A DNA stretch of 64,000 bases. It comes from Octopus sinensis. Its lineage: Eukaryota. Each line of letters starts with the position of its first letter. The stretch's first letter is position 1. Shown here piece after piece: positions 1-11,539 of the stretch. Location of the stretch: the NCBI RefSeq assembly GCF_006345805.1, contig NC_043000.1:69564001-69628000 (forward strand), read 5' to 3'. The notes beneath the pieces were generated by a model. The model was not told the origin of the DNA. It saw nothing but the letters and a program-made list of their open reading frames with translations, and did not search any database. The position numbers and the translations under genes are program-made.

Positions 1-1319
1 AAATCATGGAGCTATGTGTCAGGCTATCTGATCATGCTTTACATATAGAAACAAATTAACGCACATTTTACGCTACGATAATTTTACATAATCATAAATA
101 AAATAATAAGGGAAATAACTCGAACTAATGTCGAAATTTGATAATTATGCTTAAAGGTGATGTTCTATGCAATATATTCTAAATTCACCCAAATCTCCTC
201 CTAAGATGTAGAAAATCTTGGACAAAGATGTAAGTAAAAGTTTTTCTGTATATAAAAATGTATCCACTAATTTGTTGACATAAGTAAACTGCACTATAAT
301 GAGGATGGCGAGGTCAAATGGACTAAAATATGTCTTTAATTTTCTTTTATCTGATCAGTTTGTCATTTTCCAAGCATTTGAATTCTGATTTTTTAAAAAG
401 TACCTTCCCTTTCTTTTAGAGTTGCGAACACTTGCTGCAATGTTATGATAGCTCTGATGTAGGAAACATTGTTCGTCTAATTACAAATGACTCACCCCTT
501 TCTGGCAGTCGTATTATGTCACACACGTTAAAATATGTTCTAAACACTTCACATAATCCTTCCCAGAAATGCAACCCCCTATAATTCCCTCCCAGTCAAC
601 CATTACTCATTAGTGAAAACCTACAGAATCTCATAGTAGACATCAAATGTATTGGTATTACTAATTTGGAAAAGCATCTAAAGCTCATAGGCACTGCTCC
701 TCTTTCTTGCATTATGTAATAAAATAAGAAATTAAAATACAAATGAGTAGGATCACCATAAATAATCTCTGGCTTTCTAAAATTATGAGAATATGTAATA
801 GATTCATTGATGGCGATTAAAATTATGGAATAACTTATTGTTATAGATACCTTACTAATGTTATGATGAAATAAGTAACAAAGTAATGTATTACTCATTT
901 CAAGGCAAAACACCGACATTCCTTGTATCTAATATGATACCAAATAGCTATCTTGAATAAAGACTTATGAAAGCGGAAGTTTGGATGATTTATCATCCTT
1001 AGTAAATTGTTTTATATGTATCTATCTGTTGGTAACAATTATAGACAATTATTCATTTTTTAAACGTTTTCTTCATTATGCAAAAAAGAACAAGCTGAGA
1101 TCACTGTGAGTAATCATATTTATGTAACATTCTCATTAGGAAAACATTCCTGGCAAAGTACCAAAGCCTATGTCATCGTAGTAAATAAGTACTAACGCGA
1201 ATAAAGTAGTTTCGTTCATGATGATGAAGAGTTACATGCGAAATTCAATTTCCATTCCACAATGCTGGGGTTTGGTTGGCCAACAATTATAATGGGATGG
1301 GGAGTTGAGTAATAAGAAT

Positions 1320-1535
1320 ATACATATACAAATACATATGCACATGCATACATATATGCATACTTAACCACAGACTCAAGCACTCGCACACACAAACACA
1401 TATATACATATATATACACATACGTATAAGCATTAAATCATGCATGTATACATATAACATCATACATACATACATACATACATACATACATACATACATA
1501 CATACATACATACATACATACATACGTACATATAC
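1320..1535. repeat. Compound (CA)/(TA)/(CATA)n microsatellite; pure (CATA)n at about 1459-1525
   Basis: Direct reading of the sequence; abuts the 5'-truncated end of the Dong-type LINE at 1536. Confidence 0.95.
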
Positions 1536-3168
1536 AGTTTGGTCAGGATAAATGTTGTTATATGGTTGTGAAAAGGGGAAAACTATAACCCAAACGAGTA
1601 ACATCTCCATTAATGATTTGACTTTTCCCCCGTATCTGATGAGGAATGTTACCGGTATTTAGGGGTGGATGAAAACATCTTACAATGGCATCTGTAACAA
1701 AGCACTAAAGAATATCACAGCCGAATAAAGAAAATTTGGATCTCAGAACTCTTTACATTCAATAACACAGGGGCTTACAATGTGTTTGAAGTGCCAGTAT
1801 TCATACCAACATCTGGGCTGCTTGAGATCTGAGCCATTTATGTCAAAATCCGAAAAATACTAACAAGCGCATGTAATTTCTACATAAACACTGATGTAGA
1901 CTGCCTCTACCTAAAATGGAAATAAGGCAGTAGAGGCTTAACATCGATCAAAAATGCCTTTGAACGTCGTATCATATCCCTTTGGCAACATCTTTTAACC
2001 ATCAAGTGTTGAAGTCCATCCCTTGATCAAGTTTACATACATGAAGCTGATAACATCGTAAGACTTGGAAGGCACGTACTTGAGCAACAAACTTTGTCTG
2101 ATAACCTAGAATACATGCTCAAAGTAGTCGCACAACTTTACCACAACGTATCATCATATAAAAGTATGAGCCTGTATGAGCAGAGACTATGCATGGATAT
2201 GTTAGTAGAAAGCTCCTTGATAATAGTATCATCGATCATCAAAGTAGTTTATTATGGACGAATAACCAGATTACTACCTCCCACTTTGAAGGATATGCGT
2301 TTGCAATCCAGGAACAGGAAATATCAACCTAGTACCTGATGCACAAAAGGGATATAGATGCAGGAAAAGCAGTAAAATGTATCAACCGATGCAGACACAT
2401 CATAAGCAGCTGTACGAAAATGTCATCATGGTATTATCTACCGAGGAGACATGATGTTGTAGCTGGGACATTGTATAACGAAATCCGTCGTAAGGATAAC
2501 CCCAAGTTCAAAGAAATAAGAACCCACAGTAAGGTAGAATTTATAGCCACTCAAAACAAAAAGGAGTACTGATGGAATGTCCCAGTGAAGACCTCAATAA
2601 AATGCAAGCACAACAGACCTGATATAATGATTTGAGATAGAGAAGAGAAACTGTGTACAGTTGTGGAAATTAGCTGCCTAGCAGATGTTAACATAAAGCT
2701 GAAGATCAGTGAAAAAGAGAATACCTACGCTGAACTATTGAGAAATCTGCAGTTACTCTAACCAAATTACAAGGTCAGCTTTATACCTGTAATTAATGGG
2801 GGACTGGGGTATATAACACACTGCCTAAATACCAATTTTGAGAAATTAAGTTTTACAAAACCAGAAAGGAGAAAGCTAATTCAAAGGTTACAGATCCAAT
2901 CCATCACTGGAACTGTAAAAATCTGTAAAACTTTCCAGATGTTTAGCATTTTCATATATATGAGCATGTCTAGATATGCAATATATGCATGTGAATGCAT
3001 ACATAAAGCAAAACATACAAATCTGCACATATACATATATACATGCATACATACATACAAACATACCCTGTTGTTGATTTTGAAATTCTGGCAAAGGAGC
3101 TTTGTATCTAGGTTAGAAGACCAGCACTGTCTTTTTTGGTGAGGAATCTTGAAATAAAACTGAATAAT
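1536..3168 (+). mobile_element. 5'-truncated, degenerate R4/Dong-clade RLE LINE (CATA-flanked lineage, copy A)
   Basis: Fragmented frames give FGQDKC..YRYLGVDEN (RT C-terminal part), RRHDVVA (after the CCHC-type region) and KHNRPDIMI..VEISC (RLE PD..D). The 3'UTR with internal (CATA)n and the ~110-bp tail match copies at 58950-61051 and 61150-61600. Confidence 0.85.
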
Positions 3169-3489
3169 TTCATACACACACATAATTATATTCCAACATG
3201 CTACTTTTATCTTGTTTCTTCTCACCTGTTTGTGCTGGACACATTAGGGTGAACATGTTGTTGAATATAAATGCACCCACTTAGTACAGCTTGATGAATT
3301 CAACGGACCTGGACAAAAGTCATATAATAACTGTATGTTATTACATAAACGCTGAGTACTACTTATTTAATTTGTTTTATAAGATTCCTTTCCGTTGAAG
3401 TATATACATTGTGGTGTTACCGTACATATGTTTCTTGTTCATACTCTACTGTAACATTAATTAAAATCACAAAATCAACGAATCTCAAC

Positions 3490-3633
3490 AGGCATTACTG
3501 TGGGCAAGGAGTTTGTTTCCCAATCAAAATGCTTTGGGGTTCACTCTCACAATGTGACATCTTAGGCAAATGTTTCCCATTAGAGCCACGGGGCGACTAG
3601 AGCCTTGTGAGTGGATTTCTTAGACGGAAGCTG
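3490..3633 (+). mobile_element. Degenerate 5' (tRNA-like head) fragment of SINE family 1
   Basis: Similar to the head of the copies at 3645-4091 (-) and 26858-27200 (+), e.g. agccttgtgagtggattt..tagacggaa. Confidence 0.6.
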
Positions 3634-3644
3634 TTCTGTGTATT

Positions 3645-4090
3645 TTTTACTTTTTATCCTTTACTTGTTTCAGTCATTAGACTGTGGCCATGCCGAGGAA
3701 CCGCTTTGAAGAACTTTTAGTCGGATAAATCGACACCAGTACTTATGTTTTTTAAACCTGGCACTCATTCTATCGATCTTTATTGCCGAATCGCTAGTTA
3801 ATTGAGATGTAAACCCACCAACACCGATTGTCAAGAGGTGCTGGGGGACAAACATTGACACAACCACGCACACACACACACACATACACACACACATACA
3901 CACACACAAATACACTCCCACCATATATATACGACGGGATTCTTTCAGTTTCCATTTACCAAATCCACTCAACGCTTTGGTCGGCCCAGATTTATATAGA
4001 AGACACTTGCCAGAGGTGACGTGTAGTGGGACTTAACCCGGTACCATGTGGTTAGGAAGCAAACTTCTTACTACATAGTCACGTCTGCGC

Positions 4091-4091
<1 letters not shown>
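3645..4091 (-). mobile_element. Near full-length tRNA-derived SINE family 1 (possibly octopus OR/CORE-like)
   Basis: tRNA-like head (ggcgcag..tagtaag..gggttaagtccc), internal (TG)n, conserved body, and 3' CATGGCC-CAGTC/GACTG hairpin-AAAC tail. Several related copies lie in the window. Confidence 0.8.
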
Positions 4092-4137
<46 letters not shown>

Positions 4138-4220
4138 GTAGTAACAGAAAAGAGGAATTTCGATTATATATATGTATATATATATATATATATATATCTA
4201 TATATATATATATATACGTT
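4092..4220. repeat. (CT)n/(TA)n microsatellites
   Basis: Direct reading of the sequence. Confidence 0.95.
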
Positions 4221-4270
4221 TAAATATTTGTTGTGCAAGATTTTTTATGTGAAGTCGTGTGTTGAAACAG

Positions 4271-4736
4271 ATATTGTTATATTTCGGAATGGTCATATTG
4301 CCAGTTTAGCCAATAAAAACACACGCACTATATATTGGTGTTATTTTGCTTCAGTGATATTTATTTTTTACATTAATCTTAATCTTATTTCGGCCAAAGT
4401 TCTTTCGTCACACTCCTGTGACCGCATCAGTGGTCCTTTGTTTTCTTCTCACTTACTTGTGTCTCTCCTTACTAACCGTCAGCCATTTTGTATTTCTATT
4501 GTATGTCTTCATTTGCGCATGCTATATCTCTATGTGCGTCTATGTTTATTTAGTGTGTGTGTGGGGGGGATGCCTGTAATATTTGTATCTTCTGGTTATA
4601 TACATCTTGTAATTTGTATTTTGTTTTGTTGTTGTTGCTTTTGTTCTAATTTTGTTCATGTGTTTACATCCACCCATTATTATCATTACATATTCTTGTA
4701 TGTATGTATAACAACAATATTAGTAATAATAATAAT
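4271..4736 (-). repeat. Arm 1 of a ~465-bp inverted repeat; putative 3' pseudo-LTR of the Penelope-like element
   Basis: Near-identical reverse complement of 6062-6526, differing mainly by 1-bp indels. Lies 3' of the PLE ORF on the same strand and contains a hammerhead-like motif. Confidence 0.8.
4392..4436 (-). ncRNA. Minimal type-I hammerhead-like ribozyme motif, non-canonical core
   Basis: GGACCA-CUGAUGC-G-GUCACA(GGAG)UGUGAC-GAAA-GAAC-UU-UGGCC. Stem II is a perfect 6 bp, stem I is GG.CCA/UGG.CC, and position 9 is C instead of A. Confidence 0.55.
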
Positions 4737-4781
4737 AAATCTAATCGAAAAAAAAAAAAAAAAAATATACATATACGTAGA

Positions 4782-5006
4782 GGCGCAATGGCCTAGTGGT
4801 TAGGGCAGCGGACTCGCGGTCGCAGGATCGCGGTTTCGGTTCTCAGACCGGGCGTTGTGTGTGTTTATTGAGCGAAAACACCTAAAAGCTCTACGAGGCT
4901 CCGGCAGGGGGTGGTGATCCCTGCTGTACTCTTTCACCACAATGGCGGTGCCCCAGCATGGCCACAGCTCAAGAGCTGAAACTGGAAAAACAAAACAAAA
5001 CAAAAC
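4782..5006 (+). mobile_element. tRNA-derived SINE family 2
   Basis: A-box TGGCCTAGTGG, B-box-like GGTTTCGGTTC, 3' tail sharing 20 identical nt with the CR1 LINE 3' end (13970-13989), (CAAAA)n end, and putative TSD atatacatata (4765-4775 / 5007-5017). Confidence 0.85.
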
Positions 5007-5146
5007 ATATACATATATATATAACATACATATACATATATACATATATATACAATATACATATATACACACAAATACACAATAGATATCTTTTCTATTT
5101 CTTTAAATTACCTGTGTATTTATTATGTTTGCAGGATCCACTATTG

Positions 5147-6061
5147 TCATATGTTGTGGTGTGCGCTATTGCTCCATTCTAGTTTTCTATTCAGGCTAGG
5201 TTTATTTTCTATTATATGTGTAGCTTCTGTAATTTGTCTAATTGTTGCATCTGTTCTATGTGTGGACAATATCTTAATCTCTATGTTATTGATTGATCCC
5301 CCGTGTTCTTGTTCGGCGTGTTGGTACAGAATCGATGAGCTTTTACCTTCCTGAGTTGTCTCCAATGTTCATTCACCCGCTCACCAATGCTTCTTGCAGT
5401 TTCCCCTACGATGTTACTGTCTTGTTACTGCATCGTCCCTCTATACATCTTATACTATAGACCACATTTCTGGCTTTACAGTTCGTTTGTGGGCTAAATC
5501 TACATACAGTGCAATAGTTATTCCGTACAGAGAGTTCTACTAAAAGGATAGCTTCTACCAATTATAGATCTGATAGGGTTGCCTGGCTTTTCAACAACCT
5601 TAATTCTTAGTTTAAGTTTATCTAGGGTCCTTCTAAAGCGGTACGCTAGTTCACCTCCAGGGGTGGCGTCAACGAACATGACACTCTGGTATTTATGGCT
5701 ATCATACCAAGAGTTGGCCTTCCCTATTTTCTTTTTTGTCCTTTCTATAGTGTTCCATGACTTGTTCCTATAGAGTGGGCAAATCCCATTCCTATCATTA
5801 CATAATATATTATCAAATTTCTTCATGGCTCCTTTGTATACTCTGATCCTTTCTTTATGGCTGTAACCTGAGAACTGCATGCGGTGAATGAAATACTGTA
5901 TGTGTCTCTTTAATTCTGTAGGCTCGCACATGCGTGACACATTTCTCATTATTCTGACGAGGTCTGCCATCAAAATATTGAATTTGGCATTGCCCGCAAT
6001 GGCTGAGTTCCGGTGGATCAGGTATTTTGAGGCCATAGGTTTTGCATAGTATGAATGAAGG
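5147..6061 (-). mobile_element. 5'-truncated Penelope-like element (Naiad-like): RT thumb/linker plus GIY-YIG endonuclease, frameshifted
   Basis: ORF 5518-6138 has KPMASK..SVMFVDATPGGELA..IKVVEKPG..RSYPF..C. Shifted frames continue CTVC..NCKARNVVYSIRC..GETARSIGERVNEH..SILYQHAEQEHGG..RQITEA..PSLNRKLEW. Clade assignment is from motif resemblance only. Confidence 0.8.
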
Positions 6062-6633
<572 letters not shown>

Positions 6634-6639
6634 GATCTG

Positions 6640-6852
6640 TGTTTATGTTTGTGTCTGCGTTTATCCACCGCTACCGCTTGAAAACCAGGATTAGCTTGTT
6701 TACGTCCCAGTAATTTACCAGCTCAGCAAAAGAGTCCGGTTGAATAAGCCATACTTAAAAGAAAATCTTAAGGTCGATTTGGTCGGCTAAATTCTTCAAT
6801 GCGGTGCCCAAGTATGACTGCAGTCCAATGTCTGAAACAAGTAAAAGATAGA
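6640..6852 (+). mobile_element. 3' half of SINE family 1 (diverged)
   Basis: cgcttgaaaacc..tttacgtccc..ggtcgatttggtcggcta..gcggtgccc..CAGTC caat GTCTG aaacaagtaaaaga. Confidence 0.75.
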
Positions 6853-7321
6853 TGTATTCATTCGCGTATTACTTTCGTGAAATATGTTGAAGTTATTAAC
6901 TTATTCATTTTCATATGTACTAAGATGTCTTTAAAAATTTATTTACAGATTGTTTTCAGCTTTTGTTTGGAAAATGTTGGAAAGTCTATAACCTTCAACT
7001 CGGACACTCACTCCACTTAACATCAAATTATATCATTTTTATCGACAATATCACTTTTCAATGTATCTCTTTGTAGTATTCTATTCTTTCCTTCTTCGCT
7101 GCTCTAAATATTTTTGTTTTGACTTCATTTCGGTTCATTCTTTTGAGGATTAACGTTCTGCAAGTTAATGTTCTCTTCGTAAAATAACTGAAACACATGT
7201 TACTAGCGTATCTACTAAACCCCCACCTACCTCTACCAACCACCATTTAACTGCTGAATTTTGCTTCGTTCGCAATAGCAGTGACTTGTTCTAAACTTAG
7301 ACTCTCGTATGTTACGGCTAA

Positions 7322-7401
7322 TTTCTCTCTCTCTCTTTCTTGCTCTCTCCCTCACGCTCTCTCTCCTGCGCTATCTCTCTTTCTCTTTCTCTCTCACTCT
7401 T

Positions 7402-7467
<66 letters not shown>

Positions 7468-7472
7468 CTTCT
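7322..7472. repeat. (CT)n microsatellite
   Basis: Direct reading of the sequence. Confidence 0.95.
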
Positions 7473-9089
7473 CGCTATATTTACAGCTTTCTCTTCATTT
7501 GCCACCCAACTTTTCATTAAATTTACTTCCTTGTCTACATTCACCTTTTCAAGTACTCTGCTCTTTCCTCTGTTTATTTTTCCATCTTATCTACCTTATA
7601 ACTTTTATTCCCCTTTCCATAATTTCTTTTGCAGCTCATTCTCTTCTTTACACTTTCTCACTCTCACATAGCCTGCAGCTCTGCAAACCTGTAAGCAAAG
7701 GCAATTATGGCAGAAATGCCTTCTTTATACAGCCTATCTAAAAGTTGTATCACACCTCAATATAAATAATCAGTAAATGACAGTGATTCTGTGTTCCGTA
7801 AAACAACTCTTCGAGTGTCACGATAAATCTAAATCATCTTAGCTTTTAACTGTGATTTCGTGCTGTTGAAAGTAACGAGATTATCGTGCTTCCATTGGAA
7901 ATATTTTAGAAGGTGTCCAGGATAATTTCTGTTTAGTTGCCAGCGGCTCCAAAAATTGAAGTTTACCGAAAATTTTAAAATCTGGCACAATAATACACTT
8001 GCCTAAACTGACTTGCTGGAATTATTTCAATTTTTCAAGAGAAATATTTAAAAAAAGTTATAGAAGTTTAAAGTTTGATGATTTTCACCCAGTCAGAAAA
8101 CAGGATTTCGAAGCTGTCATCTTGTGCGTGACTGCATATTTTGTCAAGATTTTGAAAACAGCACGTGTTGTCAATATTTGTAAACGACACGTGTTATGTC
8201 TCCGGTTATTTTCTCTCATGTAAATAAATTTTATTTAGCTGTTATTTTTAGCACACCTCACAACCACCAGTGTTTAATGCAGTGATAAACAACATGTTAC
8301 ATGCCATAAACATTACAATTTTTAACAAAAAGATTTAGAAGAATTAGATGTAAGTTCTCCGGCAATTTTTTTGCTTTTCATGTAAATAAATGTTTATGAT
8401 AATTTAAAAGAGAAAAATAGTTTTAAATCTCTGAGCGAGTGGTTGGCAAATAAACTTTAATTTTAAAGATTTATACAAAAATCTTATTTAGCTGTTATTT
8501 TTAGCACACCTCACAATCACCTCAATGCTCAATGACAAAAAGAAACAAACATTAAGCAAACAATTTAAATATGTTTAATTACAATTTATATCTGCTTAAA
8601 AAGGAAATATTTAACTTACGGTTTTGATTTTAAAAATATCCTCTTTTTTTTCCGTAATAGAAGCGAAGTTATTGGATCTTGCTGCCATAATCACACAGGA
8701 CACAGAACACAGCGTCAAATTTGTCAACACGTGCTTCTTCGCAGATAAAAGACTTTTCAAAAACTGCTCGGATTCGCTTATTACTATGGCAACAGGCACG
8801 TTAAAAGACAAAAGAGTTCTCATGTTCCGCTTCTTACTGTCGAAATAGCCATGAATGTGTCTGTGGCTCACGATTGGCTGAAAGTACCAAAATTTTCAAA
8901 CTTTAATTACTAATGGCTCTTTATTGATTTATAGCGAAAATTACTTTCACGTCATTAATTAGCCTACAGAAGTGTATCATTACACTGAATATGAAATTCA
9001 TTCGCAACCAAGCAGAAAAAATCCGGTGTCTATTCATCGAAATAGTGCAGATTAGTTATCTAGATTGCATGAAGAGGATGCTTGTATGC

Positions 9090-9330
9090 AGGAGATTAAA
9101 ATGAGTAAAGAGTTGTATCATCTACATAAGAGTTAGTAGCGATAGTAAGCTGTACAGGAGAAAGAGTGTAGCGGGAATAACCGAACATTTGGGCAACCAG
9201 AATTGATAGATTGTGAGTCGGAGAACTGACAAGAAGCATCCAATCCAAGAACTGAAAGAGTACGATGCTCGTAAGTAGGCAGCTTAGCCTCTGCATTCGA
9301 GGTACATAGAGTAACTTTTGATTGGAAATG
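9090..9330 (-). pseudogene. Ancient degenerate non-LTR reverse transcriptase fragment
   Basis: Shifted frames give LSVL.LDAS..SDSQSINSG.P and NSYVDDTTLYS (YADD-like motif with CR1/L2-like context). Confidence 0.45.
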
Positions 9331-9371
9331 ATGCCACCGGTAAATTAACATGTATTAATGTGCTATTCCTC

Positions 9372-9595
9372 TAAGGTGGCGAGCTGGCAGAATGTACGCC
9401 GTACGAAATACCACTGAGCATTTCGCCCGCCTTTACGTTCTTCGCTCAAGTTCCGCCGGGATCACATTTGCCTTTCATCGTTTCGGAAGACGATAAAATA
9501 AGAACCAGTTGAACACTGGGATCGATTTAATCGACGTAGCCCCTTCCCCAAATCTGCTCGCCTTCTGCCAAAATTTGAAACCAATATACTATTAT
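9372..9595 (+). mobile_element. SINE family 3 (tRNA-like head, Meta-domain-like core), degenerate
   Basis: aaggtggcgagctggcagaa..caagttccgcc..tttgcctttcatcgtttcgg..gataaaataag.accagttg..actgggatcgatttaatcgac. The core resembles the MetaSINE-type motif (recalled, not searched). Confidence 0.55.
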
Positions 9596-11288
9596 TCTGG
9601 AACCTTAGAAGCAGATGCTTACAACACCCATCAACATATTCAAAATATCCATATCCATAAAAGACATAATAGAGTTCAATGCGACGAATATGCCTTAATC
9701 AGTTACTGATACCATATTTGGCCTACAGTAAGAAACAGAAACATTGTGCAGAATATCCATTTGCCCTATTCTTTCGTGAATTATGCCATCCTTGCTCGAG
9801 CTCCATCAATCACTCCACAATAAAATACAAAGCAAAAAAGACTGAACTACATATCATTGAAGCTTACACACCGACTACACCCACACAACGAAAAAATACT
9901 AAAAGTATAAAAGTGCGTGGATGAGCGGAGAGCAAAGTTTGTTGCTGCAGGAAATTCCAACATTTACAGACCTTGTTACTACATGAAAAATAAGTTCCAA
10001 ACAGCCATACATATAGGATATCCATGATCACTATTACAAAAGAATAAAAAGTTTTTAATGGTAAAATCATCCCAGATAAATATTAAAAATATACTGCTGT
10101 ATCAATAGCTTCATTTAATCTTGTGCACACTGCTGGTAACAGAGAAACATCAAGTGTTGAGCTCTGAACAAGAACAACAAATATTATCTACAGAAATGTC
10201 CTAGGCATTAGAAAGATTGCAGCAGATTCAGACACGTTGAAACACATCCAAATATGCAGTAGCATTCTTAATTAGGCGAGCAAGTTAAAACTGGAACTAC
10301 AGATATGTGGATCCCTCCAAATAGTTTGGCTGTCAACTTACAGATAACAGTACTGTTCCTCAAGAGCTTCCCTCAACCAGACAATACTGAAAAAAACTGA
10401 AAAAATTGCTACGAAGAAAATATATTGCTAATATTTACACGGCTCACGAGCTGGCCACCAGTGTATATACACCGATAGAGCGCAATTGAAAACTGCTTTA
10501 CCAAGCTTGGGGTTAAAATCGAGTTGCTTAGAATTCGATGCATAAAAGGTACGAAAAATAGAATGTGAAAAATTCAGCATAACGAGGTACAAATAAGCCA
10601 GTACCCAATGATAATGAATTACTACAGCTGAAAACAAGTGCAACATCAGAATAATTACGGGAGGATATAACAACATAATAGCTCAGGCGTTAGCGAATAT
10701 GAACAACTGGAAATGACAAAATGCCAAACTTCTGCTTAAAATGTGTGTTGTCCATGCACGAAGTATACCAAAGGTAAAATAGCAGTAATGGCTAATTGAG
10801 ATAAATACGTCAAAACAACTTTGAAGAGAGGAAATTAAATAAAAAATATTAGTATATCATGTTAGATTGGAAAGCAAAGAGAATTAAATCAAAGAAGGTT
10901 CACAAATGATCAGGGATTAAGGAAATGATTATAATGTTGTCTTAGCTGCTTAATTACTAACTAAAAGAAATCTTTAGTTTTCCTGTACTTTGGCAGCATT
11001 ATGCTAACTTGTATATTTCTTAGTTTAATTCCAGAAGAGTTTGGGGGGAAGTGTAATACCTTCCTGATTATTAACATATTGTTTCACTTGCCCTATATTT
11101 CAGCCACCATTGTGAGATTTGAGGCAAATTCTCCTTGTAACTACATACTGGAACATATTTTACACTTCTTCCTAGCTATATTGCATTGTGTTTTCTTTGT
11201 TCTTCTGTCTTGTATTGTTGCTTGCTAAGGATTTAGCTTTTCTTTTCTTTCCTTCTTAGAAAGATAGCTACCATCATAACAATATAAC

Positions 11289-11299
11289 TACTACTACTA

Positions 11300-11345
<46 letters not shown>

Positions 11346-11375
11346 AGCGGCGGCGGCGGCGACGACGACGACGAG
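11289..11375. repeat. Compound trinucleotide repeat (ACT)n-(GCT)n-(GCG)n-(GAC)n
   Basis: Direct reading of the sequence. Confidence 0.95.
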
Positions 11376-11539
11376 ATATCTTGTAGATACATTTCTAAAT
11401 CCTTGACAGGAAGAAATAAAAATAACAAATGACAATTTCTCCCTAATTGGATAGTTCACAGTCACAGTCCCTCTTCCTTTTCATCAGTATGTTCAAAGCA
11501 AAACTAAAATCAACAAATCTAATTTAAGTTCCAATATAT

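Noticed and set aside
596-919. 107-aa hydrophobic ORF and neighbouring frames
   Set aside because: No recognisable motif, adjacent frames interrupted by stops, and no supported splice structure.
4470-4530. Possible SECIS element in the Naiad-like pseudo-LTR (minus strand AUGA..AA..GA)
   Set aside because: Helix pairing is poor and no in-frame TGA is present in the retained ORF fragment.
4782-4855. Possible tRNA genes (also 26858-26910 and 30958-31020)
   Set aside because: No complete cloverleaf or acceptor stem; each continues into a SINE body.
8770-8885. RFX X-box-like site and CCAAT box suggesting a promoter
   Set aside because: Short motifs expected by chance; no downstream gene identified.
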